Positions 36,520-46,838 of a stretch of 64,000 nt of DNA are shown here, in pieces. The stretch's first letter is position 1, and every line of letters starts with the position of its first letter. Position numbers and translations under genes: made by a program. The notes under the pieces were generated by a model that ran no database searches, was not told where the DNA came from, and saw only the letters and a list, made by a program, of their open reading frames with translations. Source of the DNA: an uncultured Bacteroidales bacterium (GTDB lineage: Bacteria > Bacteroidota > Bacteroidia > Bacteroidales > BM520); NCBI GenBank assembly GCA_964474455.1, contig CAYYSU010000005.1:13390-77389 (forward strand). The letters are read 5' to 3'.

Positions 36520-39147
36520 CTAATCGATAGAACCGTTGATAGAGAAGTGGAACTGTCCCTTGTTGGCTGATGGTATTCCTGGAACATCATCAAAACCATA
36601 ACCCCAGTCAAGACCCAACACCCCAAACATAGGCAGAAAGATACGTACACCAAAACCTGCTGAACGGTACAGTTTAAAAGGATCAAACTCTGAGAACTTC
36701 AGCCAGGAATTTCCTGCTTCCAGGAAGGTGAGAGCGTAAATTGTCGCCGATGGATTTAGAGTTAATGGATATCGTATTTCTAAGGTGTTCTTATTGTAAA
36801 TCGTTCCTCCAAGGTTTTCATTATAATAATATAATGGCGTAAGAGCTTCGTTTGAGTAGCCGCGCATACCAACTACCTGACGGCCATCAAAATTACTGTA
36901 GCTGCTGAGCCCGTCGCCACCCAGATAATAACGCTGGAATGGCGTAACACCAATGTCTTGATTATATGTTCCCAGAAAACCGTATTTCATGCGTGCCATA
37001 ACAACCAAATCGCCGACAATCTTCTGATAAAAGGCGGCCTTGAAATCCCACTTATGGAATTCAATCCACTTGTACTTATCAATGTCCTCCATCGATGAGT
37101 AGTTCTTTTGGTTGAAAATGGAATATGGAGGGGTAACCTCTAACCCTACGCTGATTTCTGAACCGCGACGGGGATATATTGGTGCGTCAATTGAGTTACG
37201 ACTTAAATTTATGCCATAACTGATACTGTTGTAATCTCCATTACCATCACCGAAGGCGAAAATTCCGGAATAGTTATCCAGACTATAGCGCATAAGGTTG
37301 ATATTTTGATACAACGTGAAGAAATCATCGGGCCATTGTAGTCTGCGACCAAGTCCAAACGACAAGCTGTTTATATTTAATCCTCGATAATTTTCGTGAC
37401 TTCTGGATAAGCTATTAGAAAATAGAGAATAATAATATGTAACGCTAAAGGCGTTAGGTCTTTTTCCTCCCAGCCAGGGCTCGGTAAATGATGTCGTAAA
37501 ACTAATATACCCTGTTCCGTACGACTGTGCACGAATGCTCAGCTTCTGACCATCACCGGTGGGGATAGGACGCCAGGCTTTCTTTTTGAACATATTCTTA
37601 ACAGAGAAGTTGTTGAAAGAAACACCTATGGTACCGATGATTTTTCCATATCCCCAACCGCCCGAAAGTTCTACCTGGTCGGAGCTGGTCTCCTCAACAC
37701 CATAGCTGATATCTACTGTCCCGTCAGCGGGGTTTGGCTGTGGATTGGGCGAAATAGTCTCGGCGTTGAAGTAATTTAACTGCGACAGCTCTCTGGTAGT
37801 TCTGATGATATTTGAACGAGAGAAAAGATCTCCGGGGCGGGTTCTGATCTCACGAATAATGACATGATCATTTGTGCGGGTGTTACCCTGAATAGTTACA
37901 TCATTGACAGTAGCTTGTTTACCCTCACGCACCTGAAGCTCCAGGTCGATGCTGTCATTTTCAACTCTTACCTCCACAGGCGTCACACTAAAAAACAGGT
38001 ATCCATCATCCATGTACAGTGAGGAAATATCCATCCCACTAGGGTTGAAACTCAGGTTTGCGTCTAGCTCTTCCTGATTGTAAACATCGCCCTTTTTGAT
38101 CTTTAGAATGGAGTTAAGCATGTCGTTATCATACTTTGTGTTACCAACCCAGTCGATATTTCTGAAATAGTACTTTGTTCCTTCATCAACAGCAATATCA
38201 AGCTCAATGGTGTTTGCATCGTGAGCGTAAACAGTGTCGCTTAGTATTTTGAAATCACGGAATCCCAGGGAGTTGTATTTCCTTACCAGAAGCTGCTTAT
38301 CCTCTTTATAATTCTCTTCGATAAATTTCGATCCTTTGAAAATTCTCAGGCGAATATTGTCCGTTGCATAAGTAGAAAAAACAGAGAGTATTCTTCCCAT
38401 ATCAAAAGAAGGAGCGGCCTTAACGGTAGCAATGAAGAGAGTGTCTAAATATGTTAATGGAGTGAAATGACTCTTCTCTTTGGTCTCTTTAAATACTGCT
38501 TTGGCTTTATTATCTCTCAGGTTCTCATTGCCTTCAAAATTGATGCTATGAATACGTACTTTTTTCTTTTTATTTACATGTATATTTAAAATGGCTGAGT
38601 TGATTTCTGTGGTATCCCTGATTTGAGTTATGTCAATCTCTGCATTTAGGAATCCCTTTTTAGTGTAATAGTTCTCTATTTGGTTTTTCGCCCGCACCAT
38701 CAGATTATCGGTAATTACATCTCCACGAACCACTTTTATCTCGTCTCGCAGATTATCGGCTTCAGATTTTTTTACTCCTTTGATGGAGTATTTTGACAGT
38801 CGTGGCCTCTCAAGCAATTCAACATTCAGGAATATCTGATCTTCAGCAATGTTTGTTGCTGTTATTTTGATATCCTCAAAAAGTCCTTGTTTCCATAGAT
38901 TCTCCACAGCACGAGTAATGTCTTCTCCTGGAACTTGTAGCTCCATGCCCACAGTTAGTCCTGAGACCATTTTTAGTACGTTTTCATCCAGGTATTGTAT
39001 GCCACTAACAGTGATTCCTCCAAGGATGTATTTCTTTGGCGACATATAATCGATCTCGTTGAGGTCGTCACTGAGAGTTATCTGTCCAAATAACAGTGCC
39101 GGACCGTAAAGTAAAACGGCGAGAAGTATTAAAATGCGATATTTCAT
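36520..39147 (-). CDS. bamA: Outer membrane protein assembly factor BamA
   Basis: 875 aa. Signal peptide, five POTRA-like repeats, C-terminal 16-strand barrel region. Located between uppS and ompH. Confidence 0.95.
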   Translation of the reverse strand: MKYRILILLAVLLYGPALLFGQITLSDDLNEIDYMSPKKYILGGITVSGIQYLDENVLKMVSGLTVGMELQVPGEDITRAVENLWKQGLFEDIKITATNIAEDQIFLNVELLERPRLSKYSIKGVKKSEADNLRDEIKVVRGDVITDNLMVRAKNQIENYYTKKGFLNAEIDITQIRDTTEINSAILNIHVNKKKKVRIHSINFEGNENLRDNKAKAVFKETKEKSHFTPLTYLDTLFIATVKAAPSFDMGRILSVFSTYATDNIRLRIFKGSKFIEENYKEDKQLLVRKYNSLGFRDFKILSDTVYAHDANTIELDIAVDEGTKYYFRNIDWVGNTKYDNDMLNSILKIKKGDVYNQEELDANLSFNPSGMDISSLYMDDGYLFFSVTPVEVRVENDSIDLELQVREGKQATVNDVTIQGNTRTNDHVIIREIRTRPGDLFSRSNIIRTTRELSQLNYFNAETISPNPQPNPADGTVDISYGVEETSSDQVELSGGWGYGKIIGTIGVSFNNFSVKNMFKKKAWRPIPTGDGQKLSIRAQSYGTGYISFTTSFTEPWLGGKRPNAFSVTYYYSLFSNSLSRSHENYRGLNINSLSFGLGRRLQWPDDFFTLYQNINLMRYSLDNYSGIFAFGDGNGDYNSISYGINLSRNSIDAPIYPRRGSEISVGLEVTPPYSIFNQKNYSSMEDIDKYKWIEFHKWDFKAAFYQKIVGDLVVMARMKYGFLGTYNQDIGVTPFQRYYLGGDGLSSYSNFDGRQVVGMRGYSNEALTPLYYYNENLGGTIYNKNTLEIRYPLTLNPSATIYALTFLEAGNSWLKFSEFDPFKLYRSAGFGVRIFLPMFGVLGLDWGYGFDDVPGIPSANKGQFHFSINGSID

Positions 39148-39896
39148 GAATTGTTTTTTACTATCTGTTCACTGGTTTTTCCAAATCTTCTTTCTCTGTT
39201 TTGGAAATTTATAATGGCCTCATAAAGATCTTTTTTTCTGAATTCGGGCCATAATACTGGGGTGAAGTACAGCTCGGTATAGGCTATCTGCCACAGTAAA
39301 AAATTACTGATACGCTGCTCTCCACTTGTTCTTATCAAAAGCTCAGGGTCAGGGATATCTTTTGTTTCCAGATATTGATTTATGATTTGTTCTTCAATAT
39401 CTTCGGATTTTAAAACTCCGCCGGCAATGTCTTTTGATATATTTTTTATCGCTTTTGTGATCTCCTGACGCGAGCTGTATGAAAGCGCAAGTATTAATGT
39501 GAGCCCTGTATTGCCGGAAGTAGCTTCAATGGCCTTTTTGAGTTTTTTTAATGGACTTTCTCCAAGACTTTCTATATCTCCAATGGTAATCAAACGGATA
39601 TTGTTTTTTTGAAGTGTGGTTACCTCCTTGTTGATAGTTTCCACCAAAAGCTCCATCAATGCCATTACCTCATCTTTAGGTCGATTCCAGTTTTCTGTTG
39701 AAAAGGCATATAAAGTAAGGTATTTTATCCCCAGCTCAGCGGCAGCTTCAGAGCTCTCTTTAACAGGTTTTACACCGTGCTCATGACCAAAACTTCTCGA
39801 TTGACCCTGCTGCATAGCCCATCTGCCATTACCATCCATAATGATGGCAACATGCTTCGGCAATATCGTAAAGTCAATCTGTTCTTTTAAATCCAT
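39144..39896 (-). CDS. uppS: Isoprenyl transferase (undecaprenyl diphosphate synthase)
   Basis: HVAIIMDGNGRWA, TLYAFSTENWNRP, RTSGEQRISNFLLWQ motifs. 4-nt overlap with the bamA start. Confidence 0.95.
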   Translation of the reverse strand: MDLKEQIDFTILPKHVAIIMDGNGRWAMQQGQSRSFGHEHGVKPVKESSEAAAELGIKYLTLYAFSTENWNRPKDEVMALMELLVETINKEVTTLQKNNIRLITIGDIESLGESPLKKLKKAIEATSGNTGLTLILALSYSSRQEITKAIKNISKDIAGGVLKSEDIEEQIINQYLETKDIPDPELLIRTSGEQRISNFLLWQIAYTELYFTPVLWPEFRKKDLYEAIINFQNRERRFGKTSEQIVKNNS

Positions 39897-39914
39897 GAGA
39901 CTTATGTTGATGTT

Positions 39915-40598
39915 TTAATAATCGTTTTTGTTTTGAAAATCAGTACAACGTTTAGGATCTTCTAGTCGTAGTGAATAAGTAATGGTGATGCCGGCAAAGG
40001 AGTACCAATCATTATTTTGGGAGTTGCTAAGAAGCGGACCGTTATCTCCCAACATATGTGGCAAGTTGTCAATATTATCTGACATGGTTTTTCTGTAGCC
40101 CCATTCTCCACCGATACAAAAACGTTTATTCAAACTATATTTGAATCCCATTCCAAAAGGCATAGAAGGTACGAGGATCTTATATGGCCCGATGTTGCTT
40201 GTACCATTACCAAACAATAATGCTGCGCCGGTGAAAAGATAAGGTGAGAAATAATTATGCGTTCCGCCGGTGATATATGGCAGCATGTTAAGCTCTACCT
40301 GAGCAGATAATTCATTAACCTTACTGCTAAAAACCCATCCCCTTTCGGGAGTATTTCCGGCGATAAAGTCACTGTTACTCAATTCTCCTCTGATGAGAGC
40401 AACTTTGCACGTCCAGCGTTGGGTGAAGTTGTAGCGGTAAAGAGCTCCATAGGCAATCTTAGTAGATGAAAAAGGCATGCCCGGATTAATATCTCCCACG
40501 TAATATGTCGTTCCTATTATTGGTCCGAACTCTCCACGCTGTGCCAGTGCCGGAAGGCTAATAATTATTACGGCAAATAAAATAAGTAATCTCTTCAT
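39915..40598 (-). CDS. Outer-membrane beta-barrel protein (DUF6089-like by position)
   Basis: Signal peptide (LPALAQRG), alternating beta-strand pattern, Gly/aromatic-rich. Conserved slot between nadK and uppS in Bacteroidota. Confidence 0.6.
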   Translation of the reverse strand: MKRLLILFAVIIISLPALAQRGEFGPIIGTTYYVGDINPGMPFSSTKIAYGALYRYNFTQRWTCKVALIRGELSNSDFIAGNTPERGWVFSSKVNELSAQVELNMLPYITGGTHNYFSPYLFTGAALLFGNGTSNIGPYKILVPSMPFGMGFKYSLNKRFCIGGEWGYRKTMSDNIDNLPHMLGDNGPLLSNSQNNDWYSFAGITITYSLRLEDPKRCTDFQNKNDY

Positions 40599-40644
40599 AG
40601 TTCAGGGTGTAAAAGTACGCTATTTTTTACAAACACCATTACTG

Positions 40645-41523
40645 TTAATTTCGTATATCCAGACCCCACATCAATTTTTCACGAATCGTTTTGAAAAACT
40701 CCTCGCTGTCGGGTTTTACTATGTTAAAAGTGAAGGACTCTTTCCTAATGGTAAAATTAATTGACCCTTCAAATTCTGCCCTTCGGCTGTCAAGACCAAC
40801 AAAATACTTCTTCTCCCGCCCGGAAACGCGAATCAGGACAACGCTGTCGTCAGGAATAACGATAGGACGTACCGGTAAATTGTGTGATGCTATAGAGGTG
40901 ATAACAAAACAATGACTCTCCGGCGTGATTATCGGGCCGCCGCAGCTTAGTGAGTATGCAGTGGAGCCAGTTGGAGTTGCTACAAGAAGCCCATCGGCCC
41001 AATACGTGTTTAGATATTTCCCGTTTATAAATACCTCGATGTTGAGCATGGATAATGGCTCACTCTTGCTGATACTTAGTTCGTTGAGAGCGTAACTGAC
41101 ATCTCCAAAAGGATTATCTTCACAATCAAGCCTTATCAGTGTTCTTTTGTCTAGAGAATATCCTCCGGAGAGTATCTCGTCAAGGGCATTATTGATGCTG
41201 TTTTTTGGAACAGAAGAGAGAAATCCCAATCGACCCAGGTTTATTCCCAATACAGGTATTCCCCTATCGTGTATCAATTTTACTGTGCCAAGCATAGTGC
41301 CATCACCACCAACACTAAATATAAATTTCATATCCGATGGAATGTCCTCTTTTTTATAGAATAATCCTGGTTGATGTAAAAATGTAATTTGCCGATACAG
41401 GATATCATAAAGCGGACGATAAATATACAACTCAGCACCTGCTGCCTCCAGCCTTGAAATCAGCTGTTGGATGTAGTATGTATCCTGTTTCTCAACTCTG
41501 GTTCCGAAAAGTGCAATGTTCAT
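40645..41523 (-). CDS. nadK: NAD(+) kinase
   Basis: GGDGTML motif, NLGRLGFL, TPTGSTAYSLSCGGPI. Confidence 0.92.
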   Translation of the reverse strand: MNIALFGTRVEKQDTYYIQQLISRLEAAGAELYIYRPLYDILYRQITFLHQPGLFYKKEDIPSDMKFIFSVGGDGTMLGTVKLIHDRGIPVLGINLGRLGFLSSVPKNSINNALDEILSGGYSLDKRTLIRLDCEDNPFGDVSYALNELSISKSEPLSMLNIEVFINGKYLNTYWADGLLVATPTGSTAYSLSCGGPIITPESHCFVITSIASHNLPVRPIVIPDDSVVLIRVSGREKKYFVGLDSRRAEFEGSINFTIRKESFTFNIVKPDSEEFFKTIREKLMWGLDIRN

Positions 41524-41599
41524 GGTAGTGTTGCTTTGTGATGCAATTTTACAAAATACCTCTTTGCCGGGAGCTACTTTAACATAAATTATGACCTTT

Positions 41600-42259
41600 T
41601 TATATGTTAATAAAGCGCATTAATGCCTGATAACGCTCCTGAAGACCGTCATCATATTCATTCTCCCCGTATGAAGCTTTGATAGTGTAATTGTATCGGT
41701 TTAAGGTTTGAAGAATACTTCCTGCATCAAGTTTGTTGATCTTTATGGTTACCTCCATAAGCATGTTGTCCGGCGAACTGGTGATAGAAGAGCTTAGTAT
41801 CTTGGCATCATTAGACTCTACAATATGAGCCAGCTCCTCCATGGAGTAATCGCGCTGCCCCACCTCCAGTACTATTACGGTTCCGGGATTGGCGACAGAC
41901 ATGCTGTCCGCAAATTTGTGTACCAGGTCGTTAATGGTAATAACACCGAGGTAACGCTTCTCATCTGTCACTACGGGTAGTATGGAGAGATTAAAACCGG
42001 CAACAAGTTTTAGGGCATCATAGCTGTGCTGAGATTCATAAACGAAATGTGTCTCAAGCTGATGCATCAATGTCTCTATTCTCTGACTATCATCTCCAAT
42101 AGCATACAGAGTGGCTTCAGTTATCATACCCAGGTATTTGTGCCCATCCACAACAGGTATATGTGATACCTTGTTGTCTTCCATCATATGTATCGCAAGA
42201 CGGATATCGTCACTGGGCTTCAAAGGCTCTATTTTATCTGTTATCAGTTCTTTTACCAT
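41600..42259 (-). CDS. CBS-pair domain protein with ACT-like C-terminal domain
   Basis: Two CBS motifs (HIPVVDGHKYLGMITE; ILPVVTDEKRYLGVITINDL). Start set at the ATG at 42259. Confidence 0.75.
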   Translation of the reverse strand: MVKELITDKIEPLKPSDDIRLAIHMMEDNKVSHIPVVDGHKYLGMITEATLYAIGDDSQRIETLMHQLETHFVYESQHSYDALKLVAGFNLSILPVVTDEKRYLGVITINDLVHKFADSMSVANPGTVIVLEVGQRDYSMEELAHIVESNDAKILSSSITSSPDNMLMEVTIKINKLDAGSILQTLNRYNYTIKASYGENEYDDGLQERYQALMRFINI

Positions 42260-42386
42260 TAATATCTTTTTTTTGTAAAAATAAACAAAGCTTAGCATTA
42301 TCAGCTCATAATATGGAAAATATATAACTATATTACTAATTATTTAACCGCATTGCAATAATCACTATTTTTACACTTTGAATAAT

Positions 42387-43163
42387 ATGGATCTTTACTA
42401 CAGAAAATATGGCAAAGGAAAACCGGTGATCATTATTCACGGTTTGTTTGGGTTATCAGATAATTGGGCGTGGTTTGGAAAAAAATTGGGTCAACAAAAT
42501 GCTGTTTATACTATCGATCTCCGAAATCATGGCCTGTCGCCGCATGATGCAGTGATGAATTATCATGCCATGGCTTCCGACCTGGAGGAATTTATTGAGA
42601 TGCACAATCTTGTCAATCCTGTAATAGTTGGTCACAGTATGGGCGGTAAAGTGGTGATGCAGTTTTTAAAGAATAACCCTGGTATTGCGGGCGGAGCAAT
42701 GATTTTAGATATTAGCCCGGCACAATACAAGACACGTAAGACGCATCTGGACATCCTTATGGCTATGAAATCGGTGGATATGGCTGCTTTCTCATCCCGT
42801 AAGGAGATAATGAAAGTAATAGAAGAGAAGATTGCCGACAAGCAGTTGCAGCAGTTTGTGATGAAAAACCTTAAGCGTTCAGGTAAGAATCTTTTTAGCT
42901 GGAAGCCTAATATTGATGTGATTCTGGAATCGTTGGAGGATATTTTTTCTGGTATTGATGCACCTGAAGAGAAACCTCAGATTCCGGTGCAATTCCTTCG
43001 GGGGGGAAGTTCTGATTATATTCGTGATGGTGATATTGATGTGATAGAGGAGAAATGGAGCAGTATGCCAATAATAACTGTTCCCGACGCCTCTCACTGG
43101 CTTCATGTGGATGCTTCGCTGACGGTTCTCTCATCTATTTTAACATTCTTAAATAGAATATAA
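42387..43163 (+). CDS. Alpha/beta-fold hydrolase
   Basis: HGLFG oxyanion region, nucleophile elbow GHSMGG, C-terminal catalytic His context DASHWLH. ATG at 42387 (the ORF track begins at an upstream TTG). Confidence 0.82.
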   Translation: MDLYYRKYGKGKPVIIIHGLFGLSDNWAWFGKKLGQQNAVYTIDLRNHGLSPHDAVMNYHAMASDLEEFIEMHNLVNPVIVGHSMGGKVVMQFLKNNPGIAGGAMILDISPAQYKTRKTHLDILMAMKSVDMAAFSSRKEIMKVIEEKIADKQLQQFVMKNLKRSGKNLFSWKPNIDVILESLEDIFSGIDAPEEKPQIPVQFLRGGSSDYIRDGDIDVIEEKWSSMPIITVPDASHWLHVDASLTVLSSILTFLNRI

Positions 43164-43210
43164 AAAAAGACGCACTGAGAGTGCCTTTTAGGAGTATATT
43201 TAAATCGTGC

Positions 43211-44158
43211 TTAGTATCTGTCAACATTGAAACTGCTGATTGCCGCTTCAAGGTCAACGTATATCTTTTTCTCAGAAGTATTAAAGTTTTTTGTTTTATA
43301 GTATCCTTTGGAGATTTTCTCGAAGCCTTCCAATGATTTTCCTATCATAAAAGATTCCGTATTTAGCTCACAGCCGGTATCTTTTGGTATGTGTAGTGTG
43401 ATGGAAGCAGCACCCGCATCAATCTCTATATTTACTTTATCGGCTCTCTCTCCGAGGGTTAGCTCTACTGCTGAAGCACCGCCGTCAAGAGAGATTTTGC
43501 GAACGTTGAAAGGCCGAAGATCCATGTTAAGATCAGCAGCGCCAACATCCATATCCAGAGTCCATTCCGGCGATTGGTTCATTCGGATAATGACATCGTT
43601 GTTTATTTCTCTGCCTTTCCACTCCATATCCTTCATCTCCAGATTTACAATGGCACGGTTGTTTATGGTCTTGGAGCTGAGTTGATACAAATCTTTCTTT
43701 GTAAATTCACATATTATCAATTTATCAGATGTCCCAATGAGATCGAATTCTCCTGCTCCAACCTCCAGATTCAACTCAGCGTAATCAATCTCTTCGTTCA
43801 TAGATTCATGCAAAGAGCCTTTGTTTTCACCGGAGTTGAGGTATGCTTTGTCTTCAATATCATCGTCGTCATCATTGTGGTAGTTGAAATATGCACCGTT
43901 ATCTCTCCATTTGAATACCGACTCACGGCTGCCATACTGATGTATCAGTATAATGCCAAAAACAATGGCGGCAAGAGAGAACAGCAAACGATATAATGCT
44001 TTTATTGGAAGGAGAGAAACGCCCCAGATGATAATAAATATCGGCCAAAACTGCCATATATCACGCCAGCTAAACCACAAGATACCCAAGTTTCTCAGTA
44101 TGAAGAGGGTACCGACAACTATTAGTATCATCCCCCAGAATAATTTTTTATAACTCAT
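43211..44158 (-). CDS. LiaF-like membrane protein with C-terminal toastrack (DUF4097/DUF2154-like) domain
   Basis: N-terminal paired TM helices (LFWGMILIVVGTLFILRNLGIL...). C-terminal repetitive beta-solenoid-like strands: LNLEVGAGEFDLIG, MDVGAADLNMDL, ISLDGGASAVELTL, IEIDAGAASITLHIP. Confidence 0.55.
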   Translation of the reverse strand: MSYKKLFWGMILIVVGTLFILRNLGILWFSWRDIWQFWPIFIIIWGVSLLPIKALYRLLFSLAAIVFGIILIHQYGSRESVFKWRDNGAYFNYHNDDDDDIEDKAYLNSGENKGSLHESMNEEIDYAELNLEVGAGEFDLIGTSDKLIICEFTKKDLYQLSSKTINNRAIVNLEMKDMEWKGREINNDVIIRMNQSPEWTLDMDVGAADLNMDLRPFNVRKISLDGGASAVELTLGERADKVNIEIDAGAASITLHIPKDTGCELNTESFMIGKSLEGFEKISKGYYKTKNFNTSEKKIYVDLEAAISSFNVDRY

Positions 44159-44162
44159 AGTT

Positions 44163-44702
44163 TTATTTTTTTACAGGCTTATCCTTATAGTTTTCATAAA
44201 TAAGGATAACACCAATTGCCACGAGGATCAGCGGCCAGAGGTCTCCAAAGTTAATACCGGGAATAAAGTTGTCAATCAGGAACATACATCCCAGAACAAT
44301 GAGCATGATACCTGCGATCAGGGCACCGTTATTTTTATCATGATTTTTCTGTGGTGCGTTATCGTTTTTTTTATTGATATCTGAATGCGGGTTATCATTA
44401 CCCATCTCTTCAAAATTTACATTTTCTGCATTCATGTTTTCTGTGTTATAAGGGTTTGGATCGGTTTGAGAATGGTGGTTTTTTTTTGAGCTCTGTGTGT
44501 TTCTTCCAAATAAAACAGGCTCTTCGGGAACGAGAATCCATAATATTATGTATATGAGAACACCGCCGCCACCGGCAAAGGCAAGGATGAAAAAAATAAC
44601 CCGCATGATAACGGGATCGATGCCAAAATAATTGCCTAAGCCGCCACACACTCCGCCTATAATGCGGTGCTGGTTGCTTCTGTAGAATCTTTTATCTTCC
44701 AT
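44163..44702 (-). CDS. PspC-domain membrane protein
   Basis: RSNQHRIIGGVCGGLGNYFGIDPVIMRVIFFILAF is the canonical PspC domain. A second TM pair sits at the C-terminus. Confidence 0.82.
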   Translation of the reverse strand: MEDKRFYRSNQHRIIGGVCGGLGNYFGIDPVIMRVIFFILAFAGGGGVLIYIILWILVPEEPVLFGRNTQSSKKNHHSQTDPNPYNTENMNAENVNFEEMGNDNPHSDINKKNDNAPQKNHDKNNGALIAGIMLIVLGCMFLIDNFIPGINFGDLWPLILVAIGVILIYENYKDKPVKK

Positions 44703-44763
44703 AATTGAACATTTCAGCGTACGACGTGAAAAGTATGCAAGGGTTACAAAAGTTCTTTATTAG

Positions 44764-45570
44764 TTAATTCTCCCGATTCTTATATACCCGCTTGGAAATA
44801 ACAATACTCGCCTCATAAAGTACATACAATGGAATCGCCACCATAATCATACTGAAAATATCCGCAGGTGTAATTACTGCTGCAACACTGAGAATGACGA
44901 CCAGTGAAACTTTTCTTCCTCTCTTCATGAGCTCCGGCGTCAGCACACCGATACGTGTGAGGAAAAAAACCACTATGGGAAGCTCGAATACCAAACCAAC
45001 AGCAAAGGATAATGAGATTACTGTGTTTACATAACTGCGCAAACCAATAGTGTTCTCCACCATGCTGCTTACCGAATAATTTCCGAGAAAATTTATGGTA
45101 AGGGGGACAATGAGAAAATAACTGAACAACACACCAAAATAGAATAGTAAAGTGGCGATAAAAACAGCCCCTCGCGAATTGGTCTTCTCCACAGGAAGCA
45201 GCGCAGGTTTAACAAAACGCCAGATCTCCCACAACACATAGGGAAAAGCTATCACCAGACCGAACATAAGGCTCATATACATATGCATCACAAACTGCCC
45301 CGAAAGGGTGAGGTTGATGATTTTAATGTTGAGGTTATCCATACACAAGCCCGGGGAGTTAATAACATCAGCTAATTTACACAGCAGACGGTTAACGATA
45401 AAATCCGGAGTGGAAGGGGCGAGAAGAATGTCGTCGAAGAGGATAGTGCGGCAAAAGAAGGCTGCTATCGTAAATATCATTATTGCGATGACACTCCTGA
45501 AAATATTCCATCTTAACTCTTCCAGGTGCTCCCAAAAGGTCATTTCCCCTTTTTCTCTCTCTTTTGCCAT
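44764..45570 (-). CDS. tatC: Twin-arginine translocase subunit TatC
   Basis: MTFWEHLEELRWNIFRS N-terminus, six TM helices, 268 aa. Confidence 0.9.
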   Translation of the reverse strand: MAKEREKGEMTFWEHLEELRWNIFRSVIAIMIFTIAAFFCRTILFDDILLAPSTPDFIVNRLLCKLADVINSPGLCMDNLNIKIINLTLSGQFVMHMYMSLMFGLVIAFPYVLWEIWRFVKPALLPVEKTNSRGAVFIATLLFYFGVLFSYFLIVPLTINFLGNYSVSSMVENTIGLRSYVNTVISLSFAVGLVFELPIVVFFLTRIGVLTPELMKRGRKVSLVVILSVAAVITPADIFSMIMVAIPLYVLYEASIVISKRVYKNREN

Positions 45571-45593
45571 TACCGCAAAGGTAAGAATTTGAT

Positions 45594-46838
45594 TTATTTT
45601 TCCGGAAAAAAGAGACAGCTGTCACCAAAGCTCAGAAAACGAAAATCTTCCTTCATTGCAAAATCATAGGCGCTCTTCCAACGCTCACCGATAAATGAAG
45701 ATACAAGTAGAAGGAGTGTGCTTTTAGGTTGATGGAAGTTAGTAATCAGTGCATCCGCAAAATGCCATCTGTATCCCGGTGCAATAAGAAGCCTGGTCGC
45801 TCCCTTCAGGTAATCCATATTATGCTCTTCCATCATCTGCAAAATTGCCTTCAGGCTATCCTCGGTGCTTACGTTGTTGTACTCTTCTTCGTAAGGATCC
45901 CACTGCGCTACTTCCAGGTATTGCGACGCTGTAACTGCCAGATGTAATTTTGCACCATACCAGAAGATACTCTCCAGTGTCCGGGCTGTGGTAGTGCCCA
46001 CAGGAATGATACTTCTCCTCTCTTTTGATAACAGCGCCTTAATGGTTTCTTTCGCCACCATCACCTGCTCGGTGTGCATCTCATGGCTGCCGATGGTTTC
46101 CGACGAAACGGGTTTAAATGTGCCGGTGCCGACATGTAAGGTGACTCTCTCCTGCCTGATCCCTTTTCTCTTCAGGTTTTCAAGAATTGCATCAGTGAAG
46201 TGCAAACCTGCTGTTGGTGCTGCCACAGAGCCGTCGTTTCGGGCATATACGGTCTGGTATCTGCTTTTATCATTCTCTTCTGCCTCGCGATGTATATATG
46301 GTGGCAGGGGAGTAGCACCTACCTGCTCCATCACCCTGGCGAAGACTATAGTACCGTCGTCCCAATGAAACTCTACCTCGGAATGTCCATCATGTTGTGC
46401 TGTTCGTAGCGCTGTTATCGTAATATCTTTTCCGTTTAACGGGATGGTAGTGCTCAACTCTCCCGATTTCCATCGGCGTGAGTTGCCCACAAGACATTTC
46501 CACGTTACAGGAGGTCGCTGTGCAAAAGCTGTCTGTACTTCCGATACCGGTTTTATGGGCTCAAGACAGAAAATCTCGATCTTTGCTCCTGAGGATTTGT
46601 GAAAGACCATTCTGGCTTGAACAACCTTTGTCTCATTGAATATCAACAGGGCTTTATCCGGAAGGAAATTTTCAATATCTGAAAAATATGCCTGTGAATT
46701 TTTCTCAACGGTGCTGATAAGTAATTTTGATCCGTCACGTTTTTCGGCAGGATACCAAGCAATTCGTTCTGGTAGTAAGGGATAGTCATATTCCGCGATA
46801 TTAATTTCACGTATCTTTTGTGCTCTGCTATTTTTCAT
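45594..46838 (-). CDS. queA: S-adenosylmethionine:tRNA ribosyltransferase-isomerase
   Basis: YDYPLLPERIAWYP...RDGSKLL, PTAGLHFT, VGTGTFKPV, VGTTTARTLES, LITNFHQPKSTLLLLVSSF. Confidence 0.9.
   Translation of the reverse strand: MKNSRAQKIREINIAEYDYPLLPERIAWYPAEKRDGSKLLISTVEKNSQAYFSDIENFLPDKALLIFNETKVVQARMVFHKSSGAKIEIFCLEPIKPVSEVQTAFAQRPPVTWKCLVGNSRRWKSGELSTTIPLNGKDITITALRTAQHDGHSEVEFHWDDGTIVFARVMEQVGATPLPPYIHREAEENDKSRYQTVYARNDGSVAAPTAGLHFTDAILENLKRKGIRQERVTLHVGTGTFKPVSSETIGSHEMHTEQVMVAKETIKALLSKERRSIIPVGTTTARTLESIFWYGAKLHLAVTASQYLEVAQWDPYEEEYNNVSTEDSLKAILQMMEEHNMDYLKGATRLLIAPGYRWHFADALITNFHQPKSTLLLLVSSFIGERWKSAYDFAMKEDFRFLSFGDSCLFFPEK

Noticed and set aside
4877-46838. queG and queA both in the window: a possible queuosine cluster
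   Set aside because: They are about 40 kb apart, sit in different operons and have unrelated neighbours. This is coincidental co-occurrence of housekeeping genes.
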